NCBI GenBank assembly: GCA_964016885.1
Contig: OZ024741.1
Location: 39,556,001 to 39,620,000, forward strand
Direction of reading: 5' to 3'
Source: Eledone cirrhosa
Taxonomy: Eukaryota
Length of the DNA: 64,000 nucleotides
Shown: positions 59,575 through 64,000 of the stretch, one piece after another
Position numbering within the stretch: position 1 is the first letter of the stretch
How the letters are laid out: every line of letters begins with the position of its first letter
Made by a program: the position numbers and the translations under genes
Notes under the pieces: model-generated
Told to the model about the DNA's origin: nothing
What the model saw: the letters and a program-made list of their open reading frames with translations, nothing else
The model's database searches: none

Positions 59575-60195
59575 TACCATATACCATACCCGAACTACCG
59601 TTGGAGCATTATCCGAACGCATTCATTCATAAAATAAGATTCACTTTTGCGAAACATTCAGTATTATAATATTTTACAAAAATACCACAATATAAATCCT
59701 CCTCATTAACACGAAGATCACCAAAGGGGTATATAAATTTCAATGAAACAGGACAAATGTGAATTTCATAACGAAAGTGATTTATTTCGGTTACACAAAC
59801 GCGACATTTTCCCGTCATTTTACCATGCACATCCAACAAGGAGGCATGGCAACACATTTACACACCACACAACAAAAATCACATATGACCATATTAGTCG
59901 CAAAACCCTAAAAATTCTAATAGGATTTCAGAAAAACGAGGTGAACAACTCCGCCGACTTTACTAATATTAGAATAAAAACTAAAAATAAGCCAAGATAC
60001 GGCATACGTAAAACTAATTATAATAAATGCACAGTTCAACCATTGAGAAAATTTTAAATCTAGCATCCATGATCTGCTACATCTTCCATCATCTTTTATC
60101 AGCTCTATTAATCATATAACAAATACAGCATTAATTATTCTGAAGATGAAGCCGCGAAAGCTTCGAAACGTTAATACACACTTTAATATATGATG
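59575..60195 (+). mobile_element. Decayed Penelope-like element 3' remnant
   Basis: GALSERI-like linker motif near 59604, A-rich coding-like sequence, ending in a hammerhead. Confidence 0.45.
60136..60176 (+). ncRNA. Minimal hammerhead ribozyme (Penelope type)
   Basis: tatt-CTGAAGA-t gaagc cgcgaaa gcttc-GAAA-cg-TT-aata. Confidence 0.85.
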
Positions 60196-60300
60196 TACAT
60201 GTGTGTATATATATATATATATAAATAAATATATGAATATATGTATATGTATAGTCGTCTCTAACATATATATATATATATACGTCTCAAGCACCTGTCA

Positions 60301-60335
<35 letters not shown>

Positions 60336-60446
60336 TATATTTATTTTATATATATATTCATATATATATATATTCATATATTTATTTCATATATATATAA
60401 ATATATGAATATATATATATACGTATGTATATATAAAATAAATATA

Positions 60447-60520
<74 letters not shown>

Positions 60521-60530
60521 TATATATAAA

Positions 60531-60766
<236 letters not shown>

Positions 60767-60917
60767 GAATTGATGGATTGGCAAATATCCGTAGAGCCAC
60801 GGACAAAATGCTTGGCGTAATTTAGTTACAACTTTCTAACTTTTTAATTCTCATCCATCCTGGTGAGTTAAAATTTGTCTTTTATCATTCCGGAACAGTA
60901 TATGTCATAAAATACCA

Positions 60918-61032
<115 letters not shown>

Positions 61033-61132
61033 TAGTAGTAAAATGTTCAGGACCCGACGGCAGGGCTCAAGCCGTTTCGACAGCTATTTCTGGACTAAAT
61101 TAGATTTCTAGCGTGGTAAATATATATATATT

Positions 61133-61459
61133 TTAGAAACTGAGGTTTTTTTTACAAAATGAAAAATAACCGAGGTGTCCTACACGAGTGAAAGTATAAA
61201 GAAAAAAGATGAAATCGAAAATGCAACTGGAGTCTTTTCTTTTTAAAATATATATATTTATTTGGTTCCTTTACCGGTTTCGCAGTTCTTCTGCTTTTCA
61301 AAAGTAGAGTTGAGATGGAGAGTCTGTGGTTTTGCTCACATCATATGTCATTTCGATGTTTGAAAAGCAAAAGAATTGCGAAACCGGTAAAGGAACCAAA
61401 TAAATATATATATTTAAAAAAAAAAAGACTCCAGCTGCATTTTCGATTTCATCTTTTTT

Positions 61460-61463
<4 letters not shown>
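61133..61463. mobile_element. Family G fold-back element with U3-A8 hammerhead (61269-61304 -)
   Basis: Homologous to 38330-38673. Confidence 0.75.
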
Positions 61464-61507
<44 letters not shown>

Positions 61508-61528
61508 ATGTGTATATATATATATATG

Positions 61529-61591
<63 letters not shown>

Positions 61592-62338
61592 TATATATAT
61601 TAAACATTTAAACATTAAATCATTAAATGATTAATCATTTAATATTGTTGTGTAGTGTAAATTTTATTTTATAATTACAAATGTGTCATTAACTTTGAAG
61701 TTTCAGAACTGTAAAACTGTAAAAATATGGGACATTTAACACAACTTATCTTGCGGGTCATATATATTCAATTGGCTATTCACTTCGCCAGCCGCCGTTG
61801 TTATATCTATGTATATTACATTTCAGGTATTTTTATGAGTCCCATATAAAATTTGACTATAGATAACAGATCAATATTTGTTGCTGGAGGTAGAACCTCG
61901 CTTTGTATAAATGATGCAGCATGAAAGAGAATTTCCTACTAAATATTACACGTTTTGATGTAGAATTCCTACAAACAATATATTACAGATGTTTCTGTTT
62001 CATTATAAACAAACAACATATTCTAAGGATATTGATATGATTCAAAATATATTATATCATAATTTCATGTACTGAGACCCACTAAATTTATTTACCAATA
62101 TCATTTACATAACTCCTTCAGTAATTTGTTACGATGATCATTTTCCCTTTATTTATTCGAGGTTCTGTTACTGATGAGTTACTTTGGAGTTTCAACACCT
62201 TGTAGATAGTATATGTCCAATAATCCACTCCTGAAATTTAGGCTAAGAATTTATTTTCAAATAATCGACATCTAGATAAGTATATGATACACTCCTGACA
62301 CACTGACACACATACACACAATGGTATATATATATATT

Positions 62339-62403
<65 letters not shown>

Positions 62404-62571
62404 GAAAATGTGTGAGATCCTTGGTACAGTTGGGTATATTTGCAAAAAAGGAAAAGAATGACTTCACTTGTAGGTCTACACAATTACATTTAATTTTATA
62501 TTATAATATTATAAAATTAAATCAAATTGTTTAGAATTACAGGGGAAAGTCATTCTTTTCCATTTTTTCAA

Positions 62572-62607
<36 letters not shown>

Positions 62608-62813
62608 ATATATGCACACACACGCACACACACACACACACATATACACACACAGCACACACACACATATATATATATATATATAAATGGCTTCTACAGG
62701 ACAAAAAGTGTTTCAATCGGGAGAAATCAACAGGAAGTATAGAGTACCTTACTTACTGTAGTTACCCCGGATTGAACTCGGGATAGCCATATTTATATAT
62801 ATGTGTGTGTATG

Positions 62814-62845
<32 letters not shown>

Positions 62846-62915
62846 GAATGTTTAAGTATTTAAGTATCTCGATACTTAAACATTCTATTAATGTGGTCCT
62901 TATAGTAGAGCACTA

Positions 62916-63046
<131 letters not shown>

Positions 63047-63119
63047 AACCAGTATGACCCCGACGGCTGAGTACTTTGGTGCGTTATGGTCCACCTGGTT
63101 GCTTACCACATTTCCTTCG

Positions 63120-63162
<43 letters not shown>

Positions 63163-63269
63163 ATATATATATTAAAGAGTTAAAGAAGATTCAATGAGTA
63201 TATCAAAGAATGAATTTTACAGTAGATTGGAAGTAGATTTAACATCTCAGGGTATGTCATGTATCATTA

Positions 63270-63324
63270 TATTTTGTCTGATGAGGGCGTACTGTTGTAC
63301 ATCCGAAATATGTATAATAAAATG
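63270..63324 (+). ncRNA. Hammerhead ribozyme (family A-related)
   Basis: tattttgt-CTGATGA-gggcgtac tgtt gtacatcc-GAAA-tatgta-TA-ataaaatg. Confidence 0.85.
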
Positions 63325-63363
63325 TAATTGATCAAAAGAACATCTATTTTATTAATATTTGTA

Positions 63364-63425
<62 letters not shown>

Positions 63426-64000
63426 AAAAAGTATGACACCGATGGCAGAGCTCAAGCTCAAGTCCAGAAAAAGCCGTCGAAACGGCTTGAGCTCTGCCGT
63501 CGGGGTCATACTTTTTCCTGTTACCCACTCTACTACCCTAAGTATTGAGTACTCTGGTGCGTTATTGTCCATCTAGTTCTTTACCACAATTCCTTCGTTA
63601 TATATATATATAGAGAGAGAGAGACAGAGACAGAGAGAGAGAGAGACAGAGAGAGAAAGAGGAGAGAGAAAGAGAAGAGAAAGAGAGAGAGAGAGAGTGA
63701 CAGACAGACATACACACACACATATATATATAGAGATAGATATATAGATATGATTCTTAATAGCGAAATATAGAAGAATAACATAGATATGATTCTTAAT
63801 TTAGATACATACCGACACGCTTATATTACTGGTACTTTATTGTATTAACAACTGAATGTTGAAAGATGAACTCGGCGGGATTTGATATGTAAACTTCGAA
63901 AATTGTATCTAAACATATATATCAGAAATTCTTACGATTCAACTAATACAATCCTTATATATATATAAATATATAAACATTTATATATATATATATATAT

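Overview
Very AT-rich eukaryotic DNA saturated with microsatellites ((TA)n, (CA)n, (CT)n, (GAA)n, (TATC)n). The repeat content and tRNA-derived SINEs suggest a cephalopod, probably Octopus (inference). Almost all ORFs in the track are microsatellite artefacts. Conventional content: one likely host exon (53051-53380), a decayed hAT (Charlie/SPIN-like) transposon plus its MITE, Tx1/L1-like and RTE LINE fragments, many SINEs, other MITEs and a pentanucleotide satellite. The main signal is about 10 unrelated families of short elements, mostly sitting in (TA)n tracts. They carry minimal type-I hammerhead ribozyme motifs (CUGANGA...GAAA...NUH, with visible stem covariation and a compensatory U3-A8 core variant). 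Many are asymmetric fold-back palindromes with one complete and one reproducibly truncated arm. This is consistent with a diverse, TA-targeted population of Penelope-like pseudo-LTR or retrozyme-type elements. All structures were parsed by eye, and element boundaries are approximate.
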